Below the pieces are notes generated by a model, which was given only the letters and a program-made list of their open reading frames with translations, had not been told where the DNA came from and made no database searches. 64,000 nucleotides of DNA, taken from the NCBI GenBank assembly GCA_034190085.1, contig JAXHTS010000081.1:2541-66540 (forward strand). Direction: 5' to 3'. This DNA is from Spirochaetota bacterium. GTDB taxonomy: Bacteria; Spirochaetota; UBA4802; JAFGDQ01. This document shows, in pieces, positions 1-10,399 of this stretch (position 1 is the stretch's first letter; the number at the start of each line of letters is the position of its first letter). Made by a program: the position numbers and the translations under genes.

Positions 1-805
1 CAACAGTCAGCTCGAATGGCAGGCTTGATATAAGTTTATTGAATAGAGAAGTATCAATATTATTCTTAATTATCCTCAATTCTTCCCTTGAATACTTTCT
101 AGAAATGGCCAGATAATATTGCAGGAAAAATAATTCATTATAGGAGAGTCTTTTCCTTGCTTGTTCAGCCTTCTCCATCGAATCCGGGAAATGCAGGGAA
201 AAGATGGCCTCCTGAAGGGGGTTAAGCTGAAGCCTTAAGAGTAGAGATGCATCGAGAGGATCCTCAATGTAGAATAGGTGTGAATCGATAGCATCCCTGA
301 TTATTCTCCTGAAACCCTTTGAATCAAGACCGTATCTCTTTAGCTTTTGAGTAGATCTGTATAGCGGTACAATCCTTCCAGTATGGATGGATTGTATCTG
401 AGAGTCTATATCAATGAAGTCAAAATCGGGATGAACAATCTGCTTCTTTCTATAAAAATCTATTCTCCCAGAGAAAAGAACGTAATCCCCTAAATTAAAA
501 ATGCCCCTTAAATATTGCAATCCTTGAAAAAAGATGCCGCAAAGGGAGTCAGTGTCATCGGTAATTTCCACTTCAAGAAATTTTCTGTTTCTACCAAGGA
601 CCCTTACACTCTTGATTGTGCCAGCGATAGTGACAGTCTCATTGACAAAGGAGTCTTTTATTGCTTTGAATGCAGACCTGTCAATATATTTCCTTGGAGC
701 AAAGTATAAGAGGTCTTCAATTGTTTCTATCCCAACCTCGCTCCTAAGAATGTCGGCCCTTTTCTGACCTATTCCCCTTAAAAACTGAACGTTGCTGTTG
801 AGCAA
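1..805 (-). CDS. recG: ATP-dependent DNA helicase RecG, N-terminal (wedge-domain) part; the gene continues beyond the window start
   Basis: Reverse-strand translation of 1-790 reads IGQKRADILRSEVGIETIEDLLYFAPRKYIDRS...TVTIAGTIKSVRVLGRNRKFLEVEITDDTDSLCGIFFQ, which matches the RecG N-terminal helix and wedge domain (DLLxxxPRRYxDR signature). An in-frame TAG lies just upstream, so the start is probably TTG/GTG near 805. The gene is not in the ORF track because it runs off the window edge. Confidence 0.7.
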   Translation of the reverse strand, partial: MLNSNVQFLRGIGQKRADILRSEVGIETIEDLLYFAPRKYIDRSAFKAIKDSFVNETVTIAGTIKSVRVLGRNRKFLEVEITDDTDSLCGIFFQGLQYLRGIFNLGDYVLFSGRIDFYRKKQIVHPDFDFIDIDSQIQSIHTGRIVPLYRSTQKLKRYGLDSKGFRRIIRDAIDSHLFYIEDPLDASLLLRLQLNPLQEAIFSLHFPDSMEKAEQARKRLSYNELFFLQYYLAISRKYSREELRIIKNNIDTSLFNKLISSLPFELTV

Positions 806-806
806 C

Positions 807-1124
807 CTACTCCTCTTCTGCTACATACCATACAGAATTCGGTATTTGAACATATTTCCCATCACGAGTATAGAAGTAAGTATAATTTCTCCCTTCCTTG
901 CCGGATGTTATCTTCTGTACTCCATTCCACCTCTTAATAATTTTTCCATCAAAACCAAAAATTGTAACAGTAAGATTTTGACCGGTGATGACTTCGATCT
1001 TTCTCTTGACAATATTCCTCTGCTCATAAGTAAAGAAGTATCTAAAATATACAAAAATTCCAGCAATCAAAACTAATATTAGAATAATCCCAAAAATCTT
1101 TAATTTTTTTGCCATTCTATCCAA
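807..1124 (-). CDS. small membrane-anchored hypothetical protein (N-terminal TM helix)
   Basis: 105-aa ORF with a hydrophobic N-terminus (IFGIILILVLIAGIFVYF). It ends 2 bp before the recG start, so it is operon-like. Confidence 0.4.
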   Translation of the reverse strand: MDRMAKKLKIFGIILILVLIAGIFVYFRYFFTYEQRNIVKRKIEVITGQNLTVTIFGFDGKIIKRWNGVQKITSGKEGRNYTYFYTRDGKYVQIPNSVWYVAEEE

Positions 1125-1200
1125 GTCTCCTCATTTAATTATCTATACTTTGGTTACACTTATGATTTAATTTGATGCATTAAAATATATCTCATACAAA

Positions 1201-2133
1201 CTACACTAACCTCTCTTCAATATCTTCAGCTATTTTTATAGCTTCCGTTAAATTTGGAATCCCATTCCTGCCTCCGTATTCTCTACAGGAGAGTGAGGCC
1301 ACGGTTACAGAAAGCTTAACCGCCATATCCAAGGTATAATCCCTGTTTATGGCATAAGCCAAAGCTGCATGAAAGTTGTCGCCGGCCCCAATAGTATCCT
1401 TAATCCGAATTTTGATGGCTGGGACATGGTAAAGACTCTTGTTCTTTATATAGTAGGCGCCCTCAATGCCCTTTGTCACTATTATCTCTCCCTTCAACAT
1501 CTCCTTTAGCCTGAATATCTTATCAAAGAATGATTTATTATCAAAGGGTAGCTCTTTTGAGTCAAGGAAGTCTGCGGTTGGGACAAAGTAATCAGCAACC
1601 TCCATGATGTCAGTTATGCCATCCCGCCATCTCTCGCAATCATAGATAATCCTAAACCTATCCTCAGCCAAGGGCCTTAACACCTTGGCAAGATAAGTCA
1701 CCTCCGGATCAAGCAATACTACCCTGGCTTTAGATAGTATTTCCTCGATACTCTTCGTAATCTCTATTATGGGAAGGGTGGAATGATCATAGATTATCGT
1801 TCTCTTGCCATTCGATTTTGTCACAAATACATAAGCGATGGGGGTTCTTCCCTTCTTTACTATCTCAATATATTTTGTATTAACACGAAAGTCCTTCAGG
1901 CGGTTTAAACAGAATCTTCCAACCTCATCATCACCGACCTTCCCAATATAGGCAACTGATCCACCAAGCCTAGAGATGCAGCAGGATGAAGTGCCACCCT
2001 GTCCTCCGGCTTCCTCTAATCTGAATTCAAGGGGAACCTTCTGATCCTCCCTGGGAAATTCATCAACTATCGCAATATAATCAATGCAATTGCGGCCAAA
2101 GACTATAATCTCCGGATAATTCATGAGTCTCAA
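1201..2133 (-). CDS. PfkB-family carbohydrate kinase (ribokinase-like)
   Basis: GG motif near the N-terminus (EAGGQGG) and PfkB signature 2, DTIGAGDNFHAA, near the C-terminus. Overlaps the upstream gene by 4 bp. Confidence 0.8.
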   Translation of the reverse strand: MRLMNYPEIIVFGRNCIDYIAIVDEFPREDQKVPLEFRLEEAGGQGGTSSCCISRLGGSVAYIGKVGDDEVGRFCLNRLKDFRVNTKYIEIVKKGRTPIAYVFVTKSNGKRTIIYDHSTLPIIEITKSIEEILSKARVVLLDPEVTYLAKVLRPLAEDRFRIIYDCERWRDGITDIMEVADYFVPTADFLDSKELPFDNKSFFDKIFRLKEMLKGEIIVTKGIEGAYYIKNKSLYHVPAIKIRIKDTIGAGDNFHAALAYAINRDYTLDMAVKLSVTVASLSCREYGGRNGIPNLTEAIKIAEDIEERLV

Positions 2134-2864
2134 ATTAGCGTAGGAAGGATCTCTGCCAGAGAATCGGACAATTTATAAGCCGCGTATTTATCATAAGGGG
2201 TTGGATCTCGATTGATGATTATTATCGGTCTTTTGTTATGGTAAGCCACCTCAACGAATGAGCATACAGGAAACACCACCAATGAGCTACCAAGCGACAT
2301 AAAGAGATCGCATTCCTTTGATGCCTTCTCCGCAAGGGAAATATGATCAGGATTCAGGTTCTGTCCAAAGGATACGGTATTGGGCTTAATATACCCATTG
2401 CAATCCACACACCTGGGATCATAGTCGAATTCAGCAATCTGATCAAACACATCTTCAATATTGAATATTTTTTTACAGCTCCAGCAGATTGCTTTCATAT
2501 TAGTTCCATGCAGGTTTACTATTCTTTCTTCCGCAACCCCGCCCTTTTCGTGAAGGCCATCAATATTTTGAGTTAAGAGCCAGAATAATCTGCCATCCTT
2601 ATCCAGCTTGCCCAATGCGAAATGAGCCGGATTTGGTTCCGCATTAATCATTGAAGGAATTGTATCGCTCTTGTATCTCCAGTAATACCTCCGCTTTTCA
2701 CTATCGCTTAGGAATTCCTGAAGGGTTACGGTCTTATATTGACTCCATACTCCTCCAGGACTCCTAAAATCAGAAATGCCAGATTCAGTTGAGATGCCTG
2801 CGCCAGTAAGTACAGTGATTTTATTTGAATTGTGAATTAGTCTTTTAATCTCTCTATGATCCAT
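2130..2864 (-). CDS. cobB: NAD-dependent protein deacylase, Sir2/CobB family
   Basis: GAGISTESGISDFRS Rossmann/NAD motif, two zinc-binding Cys pairs (CWSCKK...CVDCNG), and a ~245 aa size typical of bacterial sirtuins. Confidence 0.85.
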   Translation of the reverse strand: MDHREIKRLIHNSNKITVLTGAGISTESGISDFRSPGGVWSQYKTVTLQEFLSDSEKRRYYWRYKSDTIPSMINAEPNPAHFALGKLDKDGRLFWLLTQNIDGLHEKGGVAEERIVNLHGTNMKAICWSCKKIFNIEDVFDQIAEFDYDPRCVDCNGYIKPNTVSFGQNLNPDHISLAEKASKECDLFMSLGSSLVVFPVCSFVEVAYHNKRPIIIINRDPTPYDKYAAYKLSDSLAEILPTLI

Positions 2865-2949
2865 GTCGCTAAAATGCTTGTCGGAATCATTGTATTGATA
2901 TGCTCTGTACTCTATCGGAACAGATCCCTGATGAGAAACAACATTTGAG

Positions 2950-4182
2950 TTATCTTTTTACCCTTTTTAGATTGCGGTTCATCAATCTCTCTACTCCAGC
3001 TTCATTTTCTGCCTCAACCTGCTGTATTTGCTCATCAGAATAGTTCAATATATCCATTAAGACCTCTTTTGTATGCTGTCCCAAATCTGGAGCCGGCTCC
3101 GGATCTCCCTCCAGCTCATTTTCCATCTTGAATACAGGACCAATGGTTTTATATTTTTGCCCCTTGATCTCCATCTCAATTATCATATTATTATGCTCAA
3201 CCTGAGGATCATTGGCAACCTGTTCATAACTCAGAACAGGCCCTGAGGGTATATCGTTTTCATCCCGAAATATATTTACCCACTCATCGGTGTTCTTCTT
3301 TTTCAGGGCATTGGCAAAATGTTCCCTGAATTCCTCCGCATTGAGAATTCTATTCATCATATTATCGAATTTCGGATCCTTAAACATCCAATCAAGACCC
3401 ACCAACTCTACCAACTTATCCTCGCTTCCAGGTCCAATTGTCATATATCCATCCTTTGTGTCATGAACGCCATAGGTTTGCATCATATGATGTCTTCTCC
3501 CCTGAAGCCCTGGGAGATTGCCGCTGGCAAAATAGTTCTGGAAGAGAACCTTTTGCATGAGTATAAGTGAATCCAGAAGATTAACCTCTGCCTTGACACC
3601 CTTCCCATCTTTATCTCTACTTATTAGCGCAGCTAGGATAGATAGCACAGCAAAGATGCCGCCCATCATATCAGCCATTGCTATGCCGCCTGGGATTACT
3701 GGGGGTCTATCGGGTTCCCCAGAGAGGCTTAGAATTCCGCTGTGACCGCAGGCTATTATATCAAAGGAGGGGTACTTGACGTATGGTCCAGTCGGGCCAT
3801 ATCCAGAGATGTTGCATCTTATAATATTGGGATTGATCTCCTTCAGGGTTTCGAAGTCACTCCCCTGCCTCTTAGGAACATCTGCCCGAAAATTAGAAAA
3901 AACCACATCTGATTTTTTTACCAAGTCATAAAATGCCTTCTTCCCCTTTTCGCTTCCAAGGTCTAATACAATGCCCTTCTTATTCCGATTAAGTGTTAAA
4001 ACATAGTAGTTTATCGGATTTACCTCTTTTTCACCATATCTCAATATATCTCCCAGCGGGGATTCAATTTTTATGATCTCTGCTCCAAGATCTCCTAAAA
4101 GCATAGTTCCAAAGGGTCCAGCATGAGCTTGACTCATGTCGAGAATCCTAATGCCGCACAATGGGCCTTTCGTTATTGCCAT
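2950..4182 (-). CDS. CoA-transferase family III protein (CaiB/BaiF/Frc-like)
   Basis: N-terminal GPLxGIRxLDxSxxxAGPxxxxxLxDLGAEVIKxE motif characteristic of family III CoA-transferases; 410 aa. Confidence 0.8.
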   Translation of the reverse strand: MAITKGPLCGIRILDMSQAHAGPFGTMLLGDLGAEIIKIESPLGDILRYGEKEVNPINYYVLTLNRNKKGIVLDLGSEKGKKAFYDLVKKSDVVFSNFRADVPKRQGSDFETLKEINPNIIRCNISGYGPTGPYVKYPSFDIIACGHSGILSLSGEPDRPPVIPGGIAMADMMGGIFAVLSILAALISRDKDGKGVKAEVNLLDSLILMQKVLFQNYFASGNLPGLQGRRHHMMQTYGVHDTKDGYMTIGPGSEDKLVELVGLDWMFKDPKFDNMMNRILNAEEFREHFANALKKKNTDEWVNIFRDENDIPSGPVLSYEQVANDPQVEHNNMIIEMEIKGQKYKTIGPVFKMENELEGDPEPAPDLGQHTKEVLMDILNYSDEQIQQVEAENEAGVERLMNRNLKRVKR

Positions 4183-4289
4183 TTTATTTTATTCCTCCTC
4201 TCTTGTCTTCTGTTTTGCAAAATAACCGTGTAAACTATGATAGTATATTTTCAATCTTTTACTTACTATTGATACTCGTTTTATTATGA

Positions 4290-5582
4290 TTAATTATTTT
4301 GATTTTTTGTCTTCTCCGCCTCTGCAATGTCATCTTCTGTGAGCAGGGTCATGCTCTTTACGCGCTCCTGCGTTCTCTTTAGACCTGATTGAGTCTCAGT
4401 AATTAATTCATCAATTTGATCGCCAGAATATCCTAATACCTCACTCAATACATCTTCAATATCCTGATTCAAATCAGGAGGCGGTTCAGGATTACCCTCA
4501 ATTAGACTCCCGTCTTCATTATATAACCTAAAAAGAGAGCCTACAGTATTGTATTTTTCCCCCTTAAGCGCCATTTCAATAATCATCTTATTATGCTTAA
4601 CCTGGGGATCATTAATCACATCATCTAGATTGAGCACAGGCCCTGAGGCTATATCGTTTTCATCACGCAAGATTTTAAGCCATTCTTCAGTCGTTTTCTC
4701 AAGGAAGGCCTTTTCAATCAATTGATCCAATCCCTTTTTGTTGGCTAATCTCTTTTCAGAGGAATCATAAAGCGGATCGCTCAACACATACTCCAGTCCA
4801 ATGAGCTTAAGCACCCTCTCCAAATCAATTGGAGCTATGGTTATATATCCATCCTTTGTATCATATATCCCATATCCGGCAGCCATCATATGTCTTCTCC
4901 CCTGATGGCCAGGCTCATTCCCTGATAGGAAATAGAGTTGAAACATAACCTGTTGCATAACCAAAAGCCCATCAAGAAGGTTTATTTCCAGTTTCATCCC
5001 CTTGCCATCCCTATTCCTCTTCACAAGGGCGGCTAATACGGACATGCACCCAAAGATACCGCCCATCATATCAGCTAATGCTATACCGCCGGGTATTACC
5101 GGAGCCCTTCCAGGCTCTCCAGATATGCTCAAAATTCCGCTATGCCCGCATGCGATGATGTCAAAGGAGGGATAAGCAATATAGGGTCCCGTCTCACCAT
5201 AACCCGAAATATTAAGACGGATAATACCTGGGTTTATCTTCTTAAGGGTATCAAAATCGCTTCCCTGTCTCTTGGGCACATCAGCTCGATAATTTGAAAA
5301 GACTATATCAGATTTCTTCACTAATTCGTAGAAGGTCTTTCTGCCTATTTCACCCTTTAAATCTAATGATATACTCTTCTTATTGCGATTGAGTCCTATT
5401 ATGTAGGAATGCGAAACATGTACCTTAGGATCTCCCATTCTCATGAATTCACCTGTAGGTGGCTCCACCTTTATTATTTCAGCCCCAAGATCCCCTAAAA
5501 GCAGGGTGCCAAAGGGACCTGCATGAGCCTGAGTCAAATCTAATACTCTGATACCGTTTAACGGCCCTTTTGTGATTGGCAT
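4290..5582 (-). CDS. CoA-transferase family III protein, tandem paralog
   Basis: Same N-terminal signature (MPITKGPLNGIRVLDLTQAHAGPFGTLLLGDLGAEIIKVE) and collinear with its neighbour over the full length. Confidence 0.8.
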   Translation of the reverse strand: MPITKGPLNGIRVLDLTQAHAGPFGTLLLGDLGAEIIKVEPPTGEFMRMGDPKVHVSHSYIIGLNRNKKSISLDLKGEIGRKTFYELVKKSDIVFSNYRADVPKRQGSDFDTLKKINPGIIRLNISGYGETGPYIAYPSFDIIACGHSGILSISGEPGRAPVIPGGIALADMMGGIFGCMSVLAALVKRNRDGKGMKLEINLLDGLLVMQQVMFQLYFLSGNEPGHQGRRHMMAAGYGIYDTKDGYITIAPIDLERVLKLIGLEYVLSDPLYDSSEKRLANKKGLDQLIEKAFLEKTTEEWLKILRDENDIASGPVLNLDDVINDPQVKHNKMIIEMALKGEKYNTVGSLFRLYNEDGSLIEGNPEPPPDLNQDIEDVLSEVLGYSGDQIDELITETQSGLKRTQERVKSMTLLTEDDIAEAEKTKNQNN

Positions 5583-6022
5583 ATATTATACTCCTTTATT
5601 TGTAAAAATCTGGGTTTGTTGCTGCAAAATATCTATATTAGAATATTACTTGACATAATTCGCTATAATAATCTTCAAGAAGTGATGGCATTATGGGAAT
5701 AGCCTTACTGCAGAAACAATAACAACTACCTAATATTATTTGATGATAAAAAACTAAATAATTGAATATTGTCAAGAAAAAAGTCGAGTTATTTTAAAGT
5801 AAACAACCTCAATCATCCTGCGGGTGAAAATCATTTTAAATCTCAACAGAGAAAGTGTTTAGGGTTTTATCGGTTGTATATGCTCATGATAGTTGCATAG
5901 CATTTATCTTTCTTATCTGAAACTCAAAATCGGATTACCCCTTCTCAACTTCATTGATAAGAAAGGGATAAGGACATAATCACACTCTATCAATTTCTAT
6001 AGTTCAATAAATATCCAAACAC

Positions 6023-6982
6023 CTATTTGAATGCATAAATGACCATAGAGCTTGTGATTGATGAGTCCCTGTACCTGATTTTGCTAATATAGTGATAGAA
6101 TGATATTCTAAACCACTTATGATAGTCTGTATATGATTTGAAATAATATCTTGACTTTAAAAGCTTGGGCAACAGACCGAATTCAACTGGATGAAATGTA
6201 ATAATTCTACTAAATCCTTGCCATTTTAAAAGAGAGGTTAGATTTTTTTTTGTAAAATAGGATAAATGAACCGGCATATAATAGGCATATCTATCACCCA
6301 ATACTCTTGCTTGGAGTCCATCCATATTCGCTGTCTGAATAACAAGCAGCCCGCCACCTTTCAGTAGCCTGTAACATTCCCTAATAGCTGTTACTGGATC
6401 TGCAAGATGCTCTATGAGTTCTATCATGGTGATAACTGAAAAGAATTTTTCTTTAAAGGGATTATCATATAGGCTGCCAATATGAATATTATTACCAAAA
6501 AGGCCCTTTGCGTATGTTCCAGCATACTCCGATAGCTCTATACCATAGGGGGAGAAGTATTGTGAGGCTAATTTTAGGAATCCGCCAAAAGCGGAGCCTA
6601 TGTCAAGTAAATTGCCCTTGGCTGCATGCCCTCTTATTATTTCAATCCTCTTTTCCCACACATAGCCGGCATATCTTTCCAACTCCCTCTCATCATAGTA
6701 GGAATAATCCCTTCCACATTTATAATAATCCTCACTATAGAAATCCTCGATTATGCTCTCTTGAAAGGCGGGATTCATAAAGATGAAGCCACATAATCTG
6801 CATCTATCGACCCTAAAAAAAGGATTATATTTATCTATTATGTATTTGAGTTCAATCTCTTTCCCGCCGCAAAGGGGACAATGGTCCTTTAATTGACTGT
6901 ATATCGATGAATCTGAGAAGGTATATTCTTTTTCTACAAAAGGCATCTGATACCTTAATACAAATATATTGAAATTAAGCAA
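6023..6982 (-). CDS. class I SAM-dependent methyltransferase with N-terminal C4 zinc ribbon
   Basis: CPLCGG...CRLCG zinc ribbon, then SAM motif I LLDIGSAFGGF and the acidic motif II/post-I region. The start may be the internal Met (MPFVEKEY). Confidence 0.7.
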   Translation of the reverse strand: MLNFNIFVLRYQMPFVEKEYTFSDSSIYSQLKDHCPLCGGKEIELKYIIDKYNPFFRVDRCRLCGFIFMNPAFQESIIEDFYSEDYYKCGRDYSYYDERELERYAGYVWEKRIEIIRGHAAKGNLLDIGSAFGGFLKLASQYFSPYGIELSEYAGTYAKGLFGNNIHIGSLYDNPFKEKFFSVITMIELIEHLADPVTAIRECYRLLKGGGLLVIQTANMDGLQARVLGDRYAYYMPVHLSYFTKKNLTSLLKWQGFSRIITFHPVEFGLLPKLLKSRYYFKSYTDYHKWFRISFYHYISKIRYRDSSITSSMVIYAFK

Positions 6983-7432
6983 CTAATCAGCTAATGTCAT
7001 TCCAGCGAATGCAGGAGTCTTAAATGTTTTCAAAACCCTTTAAAAAATTGCTTTAGATTCCGGCATTTCGTTACGCTACAGCCGGGATGACATACTTTTA
7101 ATACCCCTAACTCATCCTTTATACATTTTTTGTCTAATAGTGTATATGAAAAAACACATGACTAGTTACAATATTAATAAATTTAATGGAGAATAGGAGA
7201 GCAAGGCCTTAGATTTCCTTTTTATTATCGTTTGAAACCGTAAGTAGTTGTATAATTATTGAAGTGCTTGATTTATTCAGCGATACTTTGTCAATTGAGA
7301 TGAGACTAGCTAAGGGCCGTAGAACCATAAAAAATTGCTTTTATTGGTTATGGAAAGAATAATCATGGACAATTTTTTTGAAGGATTGTTGACCCTTAGG
7401 CAAGGTTAGTGTAGAGGGGGAAGCCTTTCTCA

Positions 7433-8851
7433 ATGACAGTAAATAAGGAGTGTGTCAATACCATGGAGAATATCTCAAATAGTGAAATTAAGAATATGTT
7501 TCAGGGAAGGATATGGCCTGTGACATTAAAACTTACAATACCAATAGCAATAAGCAATCTACTAGCATACCTATACCTGATAACAGACACATTCTTCATC
7601 ACACAGATTGACCCCTCATCAACTGCCCTTCTCAGTGGTCCTGCGCTTGTTTTCCCCTTTTTCTTTTTATTTATGTCATTAGGCATAGGCCTCACAGTGG
7701 GGGTAAGTACCCTTATTGCGAGGGGCATCGGGGAAAATAATAAAAGGATAATTGATAATACTGCGGATACAGGGCTCTTCATCTCTTCAATTATTGCATT
7801 CTTTATAATTACCTTCGGATATTCATTTGCACATGAAATCATCCATCTCCTTGCGGGAACAGAATTAACCGTTGATGCTATACAGTATGGGCTTGATTAT
7901 TATTATTATCTGCTTCCGGGTCTTGGGATGATGCTCTTCGCATATGTATTTTTTGGCCTTCTCCAGGGGGAAGGATTAACCAAGAATATTGCCATAGCCT
8001 CAATTATTGCGTTTGTGTCAAATATGATACTCGATCCCCTTCTTATTTTTGGATTTAAAATGGAGGTGGCTGGCGCTGCACTAGCCTCTACAATCTCCTA
8101 TGCCATTGCCGGGGTATATGTGATTCAGCTTTTCATTACAAAAAAATCATGCGTTCCTATTCATTGGAATCTATTTAAAACTAGAAAAACAATTATATAC
8201 CATATTATTCGTATTGGATTTCCTGAATCCCTCAGCATGCTCTCTATGTCCATCACATTTATCTTTCTGAATAATATAGTAAGCTCAATTGATGAAGTGG
8301 CTATGAACTCCTGGTCTCTTTGCAGCAGAACTGATCAAATATTGCTTATCCCGGCGATAGCTGTATCTTCTTCCACTATCACAATGATCGGACAGAATTA
8401 TGGAAGAAAGAATATAAGGAGATTGATCAATATTTATAAATTTAATGTTATGTTTGCCTTATCTATTGTATTATTCCTGGCCTTTGTCTACAATTTAGCT
8501 GCTCGTCCATTATTCGGTTTTTTTACAACGGTTCAGGAGGTAATTGAGGGGGCTGTTTTACAGATAAGATATATTTCATTTACCTATATCGGCATCTCCA
8601 CTATCGCTATATCCGGAGCCACCTTTCAAGCCACAGGAAGGCCCCTGCCGGCCCTCTTAATACGATTGATCCAAATAGGACTAATTACAATACCCCTGGC
8701 ATTCTTATCAGTAAAATTTTTGCAGATGGGAATGGTTGGCATCTTCATAAGCATCGCCACAGGGCATATGCTTTTATTGATTATATCGTGGTTTTGGACA
8801 GATCTACATTTAAAAAATTTAGAACACAGAACTTTGGATTATTTGGATTAA
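7433..8851 (+). CDS. MATE family efflux transporter
   Basis: About 12 predicted TM segments, MATE-like N-terminus (LTIPIAISNLLAYLYLITDTFFI) and the internal-duplication pattern. The true start is possibly ATG 7463, which has an AAGGAG upstream. Confidence 0.8.
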   Translation: MTVNKECVNTMENISNSEIKNMFQGRIWPVTLKLTIPIAISNLLAYLYLITDTFFITQIDPSSTALLSGPALVFPFFFLFMSLGIGLTVGVSTLIARGIGENNKRIIDNTADTGLFISSIIAFFIITFGYSFAHEIIHLLAGTELTVDAIQYGLDYYYYLLPGLGMMLFAYVFFGLLQGEGLTKNIAIASIIAFVSNMILDPLLIFGFKMEVAGAALASTISYAIAGVYVIQLFITKKSCVPIHWNLFKTRKTIIYHIIRIGFPESLSMLSMSITFIFLNNIVSSIDEVAMNSWSLCSRTDQILLIPAIAVSSSTITMIGQNYGRKNIRRLINIYKFNVMFALSIVLFLAFVYNLAARPLFGFFTTVQEVIEGAVLQIRYISFTYIGISTIAISGATFQATGRPLPALLIRLIQIGLITIPLAFLSVKFLQMGMVGIFISIATGHMLLLIISWFWTDLHLKNLEHRTLDYLD

Positions 8852-8897
8852 GGGGATGGGGGATAGAACTGGGCAGCATGAATAATTTTTTTTAATA

Positions 8898-9164
8898 TTA
8901 AGTCTTTATTCTCAGATTGAATGCCCTTCTATTTGTGCTCCTCCTGTTTGAATTTCTTCTATCAAGTTTGTCTTTATTATCTGTCTCATATCTATTTTTA
9001 TGAACTCTCCGCTCTGATCTTCTCCTCTCTGAAATTCTTCTGTCAAAAACCCCGCCATTGAATTTGGAATATCGAAGCAGAATTAAAAAAATTATTATTA
9101 TTACAACTTCAATTGTTATAAACACAAAAAAATCCATATTATAGAAAAATAGATTATTATCCAT
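8898..9164 (-). CDS. small membrane protein with an Arg/Ser-rich basic cytoplasmic tail
   Basis: One TM helix, then RRISERRRSERR...DRRNSNRRSTNRR. No recognisable family. Confidence 0.35.
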   Translation of the reverse strand: MDNNLFFYNMDFFVFITIEVVIIIIFLILLRYSKFNGGVFDRRISERRRSERRVHKNRYETDNKDKLDRRNSNRRSTNRRAFNLRIKT

Positions 9165-9300
9165 GTCATGCCTTATCCAGCATTAGCAGTATGATAGATA
9201 AGATAATATAATTATCGTCTATCGATGAAAATAATATTAGAGTTAAATTCGTGGATTTTTAATTTTGTATCAATAAGTAAGAAATATCATCTGGTAATAT

Positions 9301-10218
9301 CTAGGATACGGAGTGTATGATTTTCCCAGATTCACTGAAATCGTAATTGCCAAGGGGCTTAACGATTTTTCTGAATTCCTCTGTTTTAAGGGTGTCAATG
9401 AATGCCTGTAGGCCCTTTAGGAAAAATGTTTCTTGCGAAAGAACCATATCAAAGCTTTCCCGTACTAAAGGAACAAAGGGCAGGCCGAATAGATTTGATA
9501 TAGCTACAGTCGCAATGCCAATATTTGCCTCGCCTGACAACACAGCGAGTCCCACTTCAAAGTGTGTATGTACCACACGCTCATAGCCATTTATCAGATG
9601 GGGATCAATATCCGTCCGCTGCAAATGATAATCGAGCAGCACTCGGGTGCCTGATCCCTCCTGTCGATTGACAAACTCCACGCCCTTAGCTGTGAGATCA
9701 CTAAATTCGGTTACATTTAATTTTGCCTGTGGAGAGAGGATAAAACCGAGTTCTCTATAGAAAAGATGCACCACTGCGACCTTCATATCCTGAATATAAT
9801 CTGCTAAATATGGAATGTTGTAATCGCCGGTTTTGGGATCTAGCAGGTGACACCAGGCAACGTCAATTTTCCTTTCGCCCAGCATACATAGACCCTTGGT
9901 GCTTCCAATACTACAGGTGAATATGTAAAAACCAGGATGAGACTGTTTCATATAGCTCAAAAGAATATCAAGGATCGGATCATTGCTACCGGCAGACATT
10001 ATGTATCCCTCAGGGGTTTTAGTCTTTCCCTCTGTGCCTGTTGTCCCATGTTGGGCATGTGATGTGATCCATTCATCGATAATGTGCTTTGGAAATATCC
10101 ATTTGCCTGTAATGCGTGTGCAGGGGATTCTGCCGGACTTTATTAGCGAATAAACCTGTTTCTCGTGAATTCCGAGATACTCCGCCACTTCCTTTGTGTT
10201 CATCATATCCTTGGGCAT
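9301..10218 (-). CDS. transcriptional regulator: excisionase/MerR-type HTH (HTH_17) fused to a periplasmic-binding-protein-like oxyanion-binding domain (TunR/ModE-like architecture)
   Basis: N-terminus MNTKEVAEYLGIHEKQVYSLIKSGRIPCTRITGKWIFPKHIIDEW is a typical HTH_17. The C-terminal ~230 aa have PBP-like alpha/beta character, as in the PBP_like (pfam12727) molybdate/tungstate-responsive regulators. Divergently oriented to the cytochrome gene. Confidence 0.7.
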   Translation of the reverse strand: MPKDMMNTKEVAEYLGIHEKQVYSLIKSGRIPCTRITGKWIFPKHIIDEWITSHAQHGTTGTEGKTKTPEGYIMSAGSNDPILDILLSYMKQSHPGFYIFTCSIGSTKGLCMLGERKIDVAWCHLLDPKTGDYNIPYLADYIQDMKVAVVHLFYRELGFILSPQAKLNVTEFSDLTAKGVEFVNRQEGSGTRVLLDYHLQRTDIDPHLINGYERVVHTHFEVGLAVLSGEANIGIATVAISNLFGLPFVPLVRESFDMVLSQETFFLKGLQAFIDTLKTEEFRKIVKPLGNYDFSESGKIIHSVS

Positions 10219-10399
10219 GGATTCCCCTCCATCATTTTCTATAAGGGATATGGATAATTTTCAATAACTAATTTGATAAATTACATAAATTTCGCATACC
10301 TATTTGTAGTTTATACCCAGTCATATAGAACAATCGTCCGCTTTAATCGCCCTTTTTGCGTGAAATACTACAATATATAGTTAATTATTACATTTTATT

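Noticed and set aside
5583-6022. TTGACA...TATAAT-like promoter on the plus strand in the CoA-transferase/methyltransferase intergenic region
   Set aside because: The hexamers are only ~8 bp apart and no plus-strand gene follows; likely chance in AT-rich DNA.
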